From assembly GCA_031388885.1 (NCBI GenBank), contig JANMSC010000087.1, forward strand, positions 1 to 36,476: a stretch of DNA of 36,476 nt, given 5' to 3'. The notes beneath the pieces were generated by a model. It did no database searches. It saw nothing but the letters and a program-made list of their open reading frames with translations, and was not told the DNA's origin. Source of the stretch: Gemmatimonadales bacterium. GTDB taxonomy: Bacteria > Gemmatimonadota > Gemmatimonadetes > Gemmatimonadales > GWC2-71-9. Positions 24,789-33,700 of this stretch are shown in pieces. How positions within the stretch are numbered: the stretch's first letter is position 1; each line of letters starts with the position of its first letter. The translations under genes were made by a program, and so were the position numbers.

Positions 24789-25245
24789 CGGTAAGCTTGC
24801 CCTTCATCCCCATCGCGACGTGCGGCAAGCACGAGAAGGCGTACTCGCCAGCGGGTGCGCCCGCGAACGAGATGGTCACTGAACCGCCAGCATCAAGCAG
24901 TTCGCTCGACATCGGGCCCTGACGATTCGGGATCGCGGCGTCGAGGATTGCCTGGGCGCCTTCCGGCACGGCGTCGAACTGGACGTTGTGCAGTCCGCCT
25001 GACACGCTCTTGAACACGACCACGTCACCACTCTTGATGGTCAGGTCGGCGGGAAGGAACTTGAACTCTGTTCCGACCTGGACCATTTGAACTTCGTGCG
25101 TGGACCCGGTCGCGGCGGGTGCCGCAGCCGGTGCCGGGGCAGCCATGCCGGTCGTGTCACCAGTGGCGGCCGTGTCATCGGCCTTCTTGTCGCCGCATGC
25201 TGCCAGAACGAGGACGGCAGCAGCGAGCATCGCAGGAACGCGCAT
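24778..25245 (-). CDS. Plastocyanin/auracyanin-like type-1 copper protein (cupredoxin), lipoprotein
   Basis: MRVPAMLAAAVLVLAAC lipobox, an Ala/Pro linker, then the Cu ligands GGLHNV ... YAFSCLPHVAMGMKG (H, C-x2-H-x4-M). The ATG at 25245 was verified. The rest of the 520-aa track ORF is antisense to the next gene. Confidence 0.88.
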   Translation of the reverse strand: MRVPAMLAAAVLVLAACGDKKADDTAATGDTTGMAAPAPAAAPAATGSTHEVQMVQVGTEFKFLPADLTIKSGDVVVFKSVSGGLHNVQFDAVPEGAQAILDAAIPNRQGPMSSELLDAGGSVTISFAGAPAGEYAFSCLPHVAMGMKGKLTVTP

Positions 25246-25279
25246 TCTGTGTATTGCCTCACGCCTGATGATGTTGTGT

Positions 25280-25307
25280 GCCGTCGTTGCCCCCCGGCAA
25301 CGACGGC
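25280..25307. promoter_or_regulatory. Perfect 12-bp inverted repeat GCCGTCGTTGCC-cccc-GGCAACGACGGC in a divergent intergenic region
   Basis: Read directly from the sequence. It lies 35-62 nt upstream of the cupredoxin ATG on the minus strand. No gene ends here, so it is not a terminator. Confidence 0.5.
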
Positions 25308-25446
25308 TCCCGTCCACCAGGAACCCGGGAAGCCCCAAGGATAACGGCGTGTGTGTTGTCGGCGGTAGTGCAAACTGCTGTTGATCGCAGCGGTGGCGTG
25401 CTAGTTTGCGCCCACTGTAGCTGGCACTGCCTTCAACTGGTTTCTC

Positions 25447-26217
25447 ATGGCTTCTGCTCCACCGTGTCGCCGCCTCGGGCGCCAATGCCGCACGCTCGAC
25501 GTCACGATCCGGGTCGCCGCGCTCGAAGGCGACGAAGACCATGACGGCACCTGGCTCTTCGGCCACACGCAACGGATCGACTTCGGGCCGACCTTTGAAG
25601 AAGACGACGAAATCTGGGCAGCCGCATCGATCCACGTTCCGTGCCGCTACCTGAAGGAGCAGACCGACGGAACGCAACGGTGCGGCGCGTGGGGCTACAC
25701 CGGTCGCGTGCCCGACGTGCCACGGGCTCCGGCGCCGCGGCGTCTGGGCGGCAATCGATTCGCCCTCTTCGACCGAGGACGCTTCGTGACGCGGCGGATC
25801 GCTCCGCCCGTAGCGCCAGCAGCGGTAAAGCGCGCTCTGCCACTCGCGCCAGCATCGGCCAATCCGTGCGCCACGGCCCAGTGCCGGACCGCCGACAACC
25901 GGCTCGGCGCGGCCTGTTGCCGCGACCTCCAGATCCAGATCCACTGCACCAGGCGCCAGACCCGGCTCGAGGCCCTCATCCGCAGCCGGAAGTCCCCGCT
26001 TCTCTGCAAGGCCGAGCGCGAGGGCGACAGCCTGATCAACGTCGAGATCATTTCGGCCTGCGGATACCTCCAGGAAGACGGGCTGACGTGCGACCTGCAC
26101 GGTCGAATCCGGGCGGATGGACGCCCGGCCAAACCTTTGATGTGTTCCGCTTGGCCTGAGAAACGTTCCGGATTGCATCCTGGCTGCGCCTTTCGCAATC
26201 GGCGTCTGCCGCTGTAG
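25447..26217 (+). CDS. Cys-rich soluble protein, possibly a YkgJ/UPF0153-like metal-cluster-binding protein
   Basis: GC3-rich frame, 14 Cys including ...NPCATAQCRTADNRLGAACCRDLQIQIHC... (resembling the CxxCxxCC family), ...ISACGYLQEDGLTCDLHG...MCSAWPE...GCAF. The family call is tentative. Confidence 0.5.
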   Translation: MASAPPCRRLGRQCRTLDVTIRVAALEGDEDHDGTWLFGHTQRIDFGPTFEEDDEIWAAASIHVPCRYLKEQTDGTQRCGAWGYTGRVPDVPRAPAPRRLGGNRFALFDRGRFVTRRIAPPVAPAAVKRALPLAPASANPCATAQCRTADNRLGAACCRDLQIQIHCTRRQTRLEALIRSRKSPLLCKAEREGDSLINVEIISACGYLQEDGLTCDLHGRIRADGRPAKPLMCSAWPEKRSGLHPGCAFRNRRLPL

Positions 26218-26330
26218 ATTGGTCCTCGGTAGGATGTGCACGCGGGGGACAGCCCGTCGTTCAGGGTGTGTACTCAGCGGTGCAGGGAAAGTCAGAGCGT
26301 CGTTCATTCCCGCACCGTATGAGGCTCCGT

Positions 26331-26870
26331 ATGTCAACATTCGACCTCGAAGGTCTGTACCGCACGACGTATGACGCCGTGGTTCGTTTTCTCTACCGCA
26401 AGGTGTGGGATGCGGATCGCGCCGAGGACCTGGCTCAGGAAGTCTTCATGCGCGCCCTTGCCCACCAACCCGAGAAGCCGCGGGCGTGGGTTTTTGCTGT
26501 GGCCGCAAACATTGCGCGGGACGAGGCCCGCTCCGCGATCCGGCGGCGCAAGCACCTGACGCTGCTCGCGCATGAGCCGATCGCATCGCCAACTGATCCG
26601 CGTGACATCGAAGAGGATCTGGTTCGCGAGGAACGGGATAGCGAAGTGAAACGCGCGCTGGCGACGTTGACGCCGCGTGATCGCGATGTGCTGCTCCTGT
26701 GGGATGCCGGGATGTCGTACCCGGAGATCGCCGAGCAGACGGGGCTCGCGGTCGGCGCGGTGGGGACGACGCTCGCCCGCGCCCGCAAGCGCCTCGTGAC
26801 GGCGCACGCGACGATCGAAGTGGTGCGGGTCGGAGAGATCGAGGCCCTGCGGGCTGCTGCGGTGGGGTGA
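26331..26870 (+). CDS. ECF-type RNA polymerase sigma-70 factor
   Basis: Region 2 (DRAEDLAQEVFMRAL...RAWVFAVAANIARDEAR) and region 4 (LTPRDRDVLLLWDAGMSYPEIAEQTGLAVGAVGTTLARARKRL). GAGG RBS before the ATG at 26331. Confidence 0.9.
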   Translation: MSTFDLEGLYRTTYDAVVRFLYRKVWDADRAEDLAQEVFMRALAHQPEKPRAWVFAVAANIARDEARSAIRRRKHLTLLAHEPIASPTDPRDIEEDLVREERDSEVKRALATLTPRDRDVLLLWDAGMSYPEIAEQTGLAVGAVGTTLARARKRLVTAHATIEVVRVGEIEALRAAAVG

Positions 26871-26884
26871 TCGCTCGAGCTCGC

Positions 26885-26926
26885 GTTAGCCGTTAGCCGT
26901 TAGCCGTTAGCCGTTAGCCGTTAGCC
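26885..26926. repeat. Heptamer tandem array (GTTAGCC)6, perfect, followed by a diverged unit GTTGCAA
   Basis: Read directly from the sequence. The array sits between the sigma-factor stop (26870) and the terminator hairpin. Confidence 0.95.
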
Positions 26927-26940
26927 GTTGCAACGATCAA

Positions 26941-26971
26941 AAGGCCGGTCCTCTCATCAAGGGCCGGCCTT
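26941..26971. terminator. Bidirectional intrinsic-terminator-like hairpin between convergent genes
   Basis: AAGGCCGGTCC-tctcatcaa-GGGCCGGCCTT (11-bp stem including one G:U). T-containing flanks on both strands. It lies between the sigma gene (+) and actF (-). Confidence 0.6.
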
Positions 26972-27001
26972 CTGATTCGTTCGACAGCCTATGGCTACCG
27001 G

Positions 27002-28270
27002 CTAATGCCCCCGCTCTTTCTCCAACGTGATCATCGCCAATCGTGGCGACACCATGGGAAACGTTGCCGCAAACAGGTAGTAGCACAGCAGGAAGAGCCC
27101 AAGAAATGCCACCGCGGGTCCGACTTCGGGGAGGCCGAACACTGGTCCGACTTCGGTCGTGATCGACGGCGTGACCAGCAGGTATCGCTCGAGCCACAGC
27201 GCGGCGAGCGAGATCGAGGCGAAGAGCCCGAGGGTCAGCGGCGTCTTCTTGGGGCCGACACCGAGGAGTCCAGCGAACGGCACGACAAACATCCCGAGGA
27301 ACACAGCGGCTCCCACCGGGCGCCACGGCCCCCAGAGCCGCGAGAAGACGAAGCCCGTCTCCTCCGGCAGGTTGCCGTACCAGATGACCAGGTACTGAGC
27401 CCACATCAGGTAGGCCCAGAAGACCGTAAACCCGAAGCAGAGCTTGCCGAGGTCATGGCGTTGCTTGGGCGAGATGAACTCGGCCAGACCAACCGCCTTG
27501 CGGCTGTGCAGCAACAACAGGGCGAGCATCATGTGGGCGCCGAGGAATGAGCCCATGAAGAACCAGCCGCCAAACAGGTTCGAGAACCAGTGTGGTTGGA
27601 GCGCCATGATACCGTCGAACGCGACCATCGTAAACACCAGCGCATAGGTCGCGACAAAAATCGGCGCGAGGCGATAGGTCGATGCGTGCGTGCGCGCCGC
27701 ATCAAAGCCATCGAGCATCCGGTTGTATCGCGCAAGGCGCGCGCCGCTCACATGCGGACGCGCGTCTTCGAGGTCCGGGAGCACATCCGCACGCACCAGG
27801 CGGTAACCCAGCCAATAGAGGAAGCTGAGCCCACCAAGCAACCGGACACTCATCCAGGTGCGCGAGAGCCAGAGCTGCTTGCCGGGCGACAACCCGTGCA
27901 GCTCTTCCTGCATGTGGCCGTAGATATCGTGGTAGCCCAGTGTCAGGATGAGTACGAGGCCGAGCAGTGACATCGGGACAAACGCGATGGCGGCTTGGGA
28001 AAGTCGCAGGATCACGCCCGACCACTTGGCGTTGGTGACCTTGTGCACCGCCGTGATCGCCAGCGAACCCCCGGTGATGCTGGTCCAGAAAAGCCAGTTG
28101 ACGTGAAACGCCTGCCACGCGCGGTGGCTGCCTTCCCCGAGCAGCGCGACGACGAAGACCACTGCTCCCGCGGCGGCGAACACCGCACCGGCGAGGAAGA
28201 ACGACCGATACTGGCCGGTCACGCTCCGCTCCGCCAGGCGACGGCGGAGGTCGACGAAATCGGTCGCCAT
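27002..28270 (-). CDS. actF: Alternative complex III subunit ActF (NrfD/PsrC-like polytopic membrane subunit)
   Basis: Multi-TM protein paralogous in style to ActC and last gene of the operon. The ATG at 28270 shares one base with the actE TGA. Confidence 0.85.
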   Translation of the reverse strand: MATDFVDLRRRLAERSVTGQYRSFFLAGAVFAAAGAVVFVVALLGEGSHRAWQAFHVNWLFWTSITGGSLAITAVHKVTNAKWSGVILRLSQAAIAFVPMSLLGLVLILTLGYHDIYGHMQEELHGLSPGKQLWLSRTWMSVRLLGGLSFLYWLGYRLVRADVLPDLEDARPHVSGARLARYNRMLDGFDAARTHASTYRLAPIFVATYALVFTMVAFDGIMALQPHWFSNLFGGWFFMGSFLGAHMMLALLLLHSRKAVGLAEFISPKQRHDLGKLCFGFTVFWAYLMWAQYLVIWYGNLPEETGFVFSRLWGPWRPVGAAVFLGMFVVPFAGLLGVGPKKTPLTLGLFASISLAALWLERYLLVTPSITTEVGPVFGLPEVGPAVAFLGLFLLCYYLFAATFPMVSPRLAMITLEKERGH

Positions 28271-28893
28271 CAGTTCGTACCGCCCGTCGCCGGTGTCGCG
28301 ACAGGTGTGACGGCGCCAGGGGCGCCTTGCAGGCTTCGGACGTAGTCCACGACCGCCCACCGTTCGTCGCGCCGGACAATCTTGTCGCCATAGGGCGGCA
28401 TCAGGTTGCGGCCATAGCGCACGATGCTGTACAGGAAGCCATCGGTGTAACCCGCAACTCTCACGGTGTTCAGCGCGGGCGCGCCAACCTTGACCAGACC
28501 TTGGCCGTTACCGGCCGGTCCGTGGCACACCGAGCAGAAGGTCTGGTAGAGCTCCCCACCGGCTCGCACCACACCCGGCACCGCCGCGCCCGCACCAGCC
28601 ACGCCAGCGGGGCGCACGTGCGCATCGGCTTGCGCCACGTCGAAGCTGTAGATCGTCATCGCGGCCATCGCGCCGGTGGTGCCCCAATCGGCCTCGATGT
28701 CGCCGAGCGGCACCGTCCCGGGGACCGTGTTGCGCGGCACGGTGTCGAACTGATACGGGTGCACGGCCTTCGACGTGATCATGTGGTCGAACCACGGCAC
28801 CGCATGCATCAGGTCATCGGGTGACGGCACCTCGTTGTACCACCAGTTGCAACCGCTGGTACCCATCAGCAGCACGAGCAGGAGCTTACGCAT
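28270..28893 (-). CDS. actE: Alternative complex III subunit ActE (monoheme cytochrome c lipoprotein)
   Basis: MRKLLLVLLMGTSGC lipobox, a single CSVCH heme motif and a downstream MPPYG Met ligand region. Confidence 0.88.
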   Translation of the reverse strand: MRKLLLVLLMGTSGCNWWYNEVPSPDDLMHAVPWFDHMITSKAVHPYQFDTVPRNTVPGTVPLGDIEADWGTTGAMAAMTIYSFDVAQADAHVRPAGVAGAGAAVPGVVRAGGELYQTFCSVCHGPAGNGQGLVKVGAPALNTVRVAGYTDGFLYSIVRYGRNLMPPYGDKIVRRDERWAVVDYVRSLQGAPGAVTPVATPATGGTN

Positions 28894-29398
28894 CACGAGA
28901 GACCTCCACCGAGCCGTGCTCCTGCATGAGGCGTTCGACCGCGGGGGCGTGGTCGTACCCGCATGGCACAAAGATGCCGATCCGGTCATCACTGAACCTC
29001 GGGTGGTACGGACGCCCGCGCAGCGACTTCATCGCGGAGAGGATGATGATCCCGGCGACGGTGGCAAGTGCGCCGAAGAGAATCGTCAACTCGAAACCAA
29101 TGACCACGTAGGCGGGAATCGCGGCGATCGGCTTGCCGCCCACGAGCAATGGCCAGTCGCGCGAGGTCCAGATCGCAAGGGCGAAGCCCGCAGCACATCC
29201 GGTGAGCCCACCGACGAGCGTGAACAATCGCACCGGTGAAATGGGGTCGTCGATCGCGTCATCCAGTTCGTGGTTCGGCGCGGCCGAGTACACGGTAAGG
29301 TCGCGGTGTCCCTGCCCTTTCAGGTCGCGGATGGCGTCACAGGCGGCGTCGATGTGCTCGAACTGCCCGAGAACGCCGGGTACGGTGCGGCTGGCCAT
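28886..29398 (-). CDS. actD: Alternative complex III subunit ActD (DUF3341, two TM helices)
   Basis: MASRTVPGVLGQFEHIDAACDAIRDLK... followed by two hydrophobic helices. The ATG at 29398 shares one base with the actC TAA. Confidence 0.85.
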   Translation of the reverse strand: MASRTVPGVLGQFEHIDAACDAIRDLKGQGHRDLTVYSAAPNHELDDAIDDPISPVRLFTLVGGLTGCAAGFALAIWTSRDWPLLVGGKPIAAIPAYVVIGFELTILFGALATVAGIIILSAMKSLRGRPYHPRFSDDRIGIFVPCGYDHAPAVERLMQEHGSVEVSRDA

Positions 29399-30759
29399 TA
29401 GTGCGGTACCTCCGGGCGCGGCTTCCGACGGGGCATCGGGATCATTTCCTTGATTTCCTGGATCGCCACGATCGGGAAGTTCTTGTAGAACAGCGAGAAC
29501 CACAGACCAAACCAGCCGAATGAGCCGAGCAGGATGAACCAGTCCGCCCACGTCGGGTTCATCTGTCCCCACGCATACGGGAGGTAGTCATTGGAGAGCG
29601 ACGACACCACGATGACGAAGCGTTCGAACCACATGCCCAGGTTGATGAAGATCGAGATCACGAACAGTGCGATGACGTTGACCCGGATCTTCTTGAACCA
29701 GAGCAGCTGCGAGACGAATGCGTTGCAGGTGATCATCGTCCAACCGGCCCACCAGTTGGGGCCGAACGCACGCCGCCAAAAAGTCGTCTGCTCAAACGTA
29801 TTCCCCGAGTACCACGCGACGAAGTATTCCATCATGTAGGCGTAGAAGAGGATCGATCCGGTGAACAGCGTCAGCTTCGAGAGGTTGTCGAAGTGGTAGT
29901 CGGTGATCATGTGCTCGAGCTTGAGGACCTTGCGCAGCGGAACTATCAGCGTGAGCACCATCCCGATTCCCGAATAGATGGCACCCGCCACGAAGTACGG
30001 CGCGAAGATGGTCCCGTGCCAGCCCGGGACGATCGAGACGGCGAAGTCCCACGACACCACGGAGTGCACCGAGAGCACCAGCGGTGTGGCGAGCGCGGCG
30101 AGATAGAGATATGCGCGAGTGTAGTGGCGCCACTGCGAATCGGCGCCGGTCCAGCCAAGTGAGAGCATACTGTAGAGCTTTTTCTTCCAGCCGCTTACAT
30201 GGTCGCGCACTGCGGCGACGTCTGGCACCAGGCCGACCATCAGGAACGTGGCGGACACCGTGAGGTAGGTCGAAATCGCGAACACGTCCCACATCAGTGG
30301 CGACTTGAAGTTCGGCCACAGGAATCGCTGGTTGGGATACGGCAGCAGCCAGTAGAAGATCCACTGGCGCCCGATATGAATGATCGGAAAGAGCGCGGCC
30401 GTCATGACCGCGAACACCGTCATGGCCTCGGTCGATCGGTACACGGCCGTTCGCCACGGCGACCGGAACAGGAACAGGATCGCCGAGATCAGCGTGCCAG
30501 CGTGGCCAATACCAATCCAGAAGACGAAGGTCGTGATGTACACCGACCACATGATCGGCGGCGCGTAGCCGGCGAGCCCGAGGCCTTCCTTCAGCAGGGC
30601 CGTGAGCGTGGCGAGCATGACCAGCGTCAGGAACGCCATCGTCCCGACCAGGATGTGGTAGCCCCTCGTCGGCGGATCGGTGATCGTCCTGACGACGTCC
30701 CGCGTGACTTCCGCGTGGGTCTGCGTCGGCCTGCTTGGGTCGTGCGCGATGACGGCCAT
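29398..30759 (-). CDS. actC: Alternative complex III subunit ActC (NrfD/PsrC-like quinol-interacting membrane subunit)
   Basis: About 450 aa polytopic protein. The ATG at 30759 lies 1 nt after the actB TAG. The upstream part of the track ORF overlaps actB and is rejected. Confidence 0.88.
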   Translation of the reverse strand: MAVIAHDPSRPTQTHAEVTRDVVRTITDPPTRGYHILVGTMAFLTLVMLATLTALLKEGLGLAGYAPPIMWSVYITTFVFWIGIGHAGTLISAILFLFRSPWRTAVYRSTEAMTVFAVMTAALFPIIHIGRQWIFYWLLPYPNQRFLWPNFKSPLMWDVFAISTYLTVSATFLMVGLVPDVAAVRDHVSGWKKKLYSMLSLGWTGADSQWRHYTRAYLYLAALATPLVLSVHSVVSWDFAVSIVPGWHGTIFAPYFVAGAIYSGIGMVLTLIVPLRKVLKLEHMITDYHFDNLSKLTLFTGSILFYAYMMEYFVAWYSGNTFEQTTFWRRAFGPNWWAGWTMITCNAFVSQLLWFKKIRVNVIALFVISIFINLGMWFERFVIVVSSLSNDYLPYAWGQMNPTWADWFILLGSFGWFGLWFSLFYKNFPIVAIQEIKEMIPMPRRKPRPEVPH

Positions 30760-30760
30760 C

Positions 30761-33700
30761 CTAGTGCTCCTCGCCGTAAACAGCGGAAGCGGCTGGTACG
30801 TGCGGCTCCTGATGGAGCACGCGGGCGAGGTAGGTGATTGCCGGACGCACGTTGGTGTCTTCGAGCACCCGATATCCGCGCGGGTCACGCTTCCACTGCA
30901 CCACCTTGGCGTCGGGGTCGCGCACATTGCCGAACTCGATCGCACCGGATGGGCAGGCCTGCGCGCAGGCCGGCCGGATGTCGCCGTCCCGAAGCGGTCG
31001 GTCTTCGAGCCGCGCCCGGGTCTGCTCACCCCGGATCCGCTGGACGCAGAACGTGCACTTCTCCATCACCCCTCGCGCCCGCGTCGTGACCTCGGGATTG
31101 AGCTGCAAGTGGAGCGGTGCCGGCCACGCGAGTTCGTTGTACTTGAACCAGTTGAAGTAGCGCACCTTGTACGGACAGTTGTTGCTGCAGTAGCGCGTGC
31201 CGACGCAGCGGTTGTAGACCTGCCCGTTGAGGCCGTCTGGCGTATGGTACGCCGCGTACACCGGGCAGACCGGCTCGCACGGCGCGTTGTCGCAGTGCTG
31301 GCAAAGCATCGGGATGAATCGCGCTTCGATCGGCTCGCCGTCGCTGCCGCCTTCCCAGTACCGTTCGATACGCATCCAGCTCATCTCGCGGCCGTTGAAG
31401 ATCTGCTCCTCCCCCACCGTCGGGATGTTGTTCTCCGCGTAGCACGCGGTGACACAGGCCGAACAGCCAGTGCAGCGCGCGAGGTCGATCGCCATGCCCC
31501 ACTTGGCGTGCTCGATCGAGTACTCGCCGATCTTCATGCCCTCGACCTGCCCCTCGTACCACCCGTCGATCGCCTCGTCCTCGCGCGGCGGGTTGTAGTC
31601 ATGCGGCTCGCGGCCGATCGCCTTGTACGCTTCCTCAGGTGTCATCCCCTGCTCGGCATGCATGAGCGACATGGCCTCGATGATTCCCCGGCCGAGCTGC
31701 CGCGGATTGCCCTCGGTCTTCGCGACCTTGCGATAGTCGCCAGTGCGGGCGACCGACACCCTGGTGGCAACGTACGGCAGGAAGCCCTGACCGTCGGCGG
31801 CACCCAGCAGGTCCATCGCGTTGACACCGCGCCCCTTGGCATAGCGGCCGTACTCGGTGTGCCCGAGTCCGAGCGGCATCGCGAGCGTGTCAGGACGTAC
31901 GCCCGGGAAGACGTACACTTGCGCCCTGATGGTGCCGTGCGGCGACGTGAGCTCGACGATCTCGCCCTCGCGCACGTCGAGCCGTTGCGCCGTATCGGGG
32001 TGGACCTCGACCCACGACTGCCACGTGATCTTGGTCATCGGGTCGGGATTTTCGAGCAGCCACGGCTTGTTGGCCCCGCGTCCGTCGAAATACATCGACG
32101 ACGGGTAGGGCACAAACGTGAATTCACCGTCACCGTCAAACGCCGGCTTGATGAACGCCGCCGCGTCGGCCGTCGCAAGGGCGGGTTGCGCCGGAACTGG
32201 CGCCAGCACGTCAGACGGCGACGGCGCGTTCCACTGTCCGCCGCGCGCCAGCGCCGCGCGCCACGCATTTGCGTCCGCGCCCGCGACCGTCGCCCATTCC
32301 GTCTGGAGATGCGCCTCGAACGTCGGCGCCATGAACGCGGCCAGCACGCCGCCGGCCTTGCGTGCCGTGGCCAGCAGCAGGTCGCCGGTGTGCATCGCCG
32401 CGAAGATCGGCTGCGTCACGGGCTGCATCAGGCCCACCACGCCGTCGCGCGGGCGCATGTCGTCCCAGCGCTCGAGTGCGTGCAGGTTCGGCAACACGAG
32501 GTCGCAGGCTGCGGCCGTTTCGTCCATGACCTGCGCGGTGCTGATCTTGAACGGCACCTTCGCGAACGCTTCGGCGAACTTGCCACTCTGCGGCAACGCG
32601 TAGAGTGGATTGGCCTCGTGGACGATCACCAGCGCCACCGCACCACGCGCCATGTCGGCAAAGAGTGCCTGGGTCGCGCCGTAGCCATCGGTGACCGCTG
32701 GCGCCGCCTCGAACTTCACCGTCCGGCCGACATTTCCGGCAGCCTGGTTGAGCAAGTTGACCGCATGACAGAGGTCGATCGCGCCCCGGTGCTGCGCCGC
32801 GATGCCGCCCGCCACCGCCAGCGAAGGCTGTGCTGCGCGGAAACCCTCTGCCACGGCACGGATCCGCTCGGCCGGGATCCCGGTCTCTGCGGCCACCGCT
32901 TCGGGCGTGTACGCCGCCAGCGAGCTGTTCCCGAGATGGTTCGCCATCGCGAGGGCAACCAACGCCTCCGTGCCGGCAGGCGCCGCAAACCATTCGTCGG
33001 CGTTAGCGCCGGTGAGCGACATGCGTGGTCCGACATACACGTGGCGCGCCATCGTGCCGTCGGCAAACCCGTGCGACGCGGCAAAGCCGCGCTGCTGCTC
33101 GATGACGGGGCCCCACGTCTCGAGGAAGTCAGCGCCGAACGACACGATGTACCGTGCCGCAGCAAAGTCGTACGTCGGCAGGTCGGTCCGTCCCCAGGTG
33201 CGCTGCACTGCGCTCCGTTCCGCTTCACGAGCGAACGGCTCGAACCGCACGGTCCGCCCGCCGAGCGCCGCAACCCAGCCGTCAAGCAGGGTGGAAAACG
33301 TCCCCGGGCCGTAGCCGTTGAGTGCGGCAACCCGCCCCTGCGCACCGGGAAGCTTGGCGGCGAACCGCGTGATCGCATCGTCCCACGTGATCGCGTCGAA
33401 CCCGCCGGATGCATTGCGCGCCATCGGACCGGCGAGGCGATCGGGATTGTAGAGTCCCTGCAAGCCTGCCTGCCCGCGGCTGCACAGCGTACCGGCGTTG
33501 ACCGGATGCTCGGGATTGCCCTCGAGCTTGATCGGCCGACCCTCGCGGGTCTTCACGTGGATACCACACCCAATGGCGCATTCGGTGCATGTGCTGGCAT
33601 ACCACGTCGGCACACCGGGCACCTGATCTTCGGATTGCACCATGTACGGCACGAGCTTCGCGATGCGATCGGTCGAACATCCGCTGAGGGTGGCGGCGCC

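Noticed and set aside
26276-26306. Canonical autoregulated ECF promoter (GGAAC-N16/17-CGTC) upstream of the sigma gene
   Set aside because: The only GGAA-like element (GGGAAA, 26285-26290) is 7 nt from CGTC, not 16-17 nt. I report only the direct repeat.
25246-26340. Extension of the cupredoxin ORF to 520 aa
   Set aside because: It is antisense to the Cys-rich gene and to the sigma-factor 5' end. The lipobox-bearing Met at 25245 gives a normal 155-aa cupredoxin.
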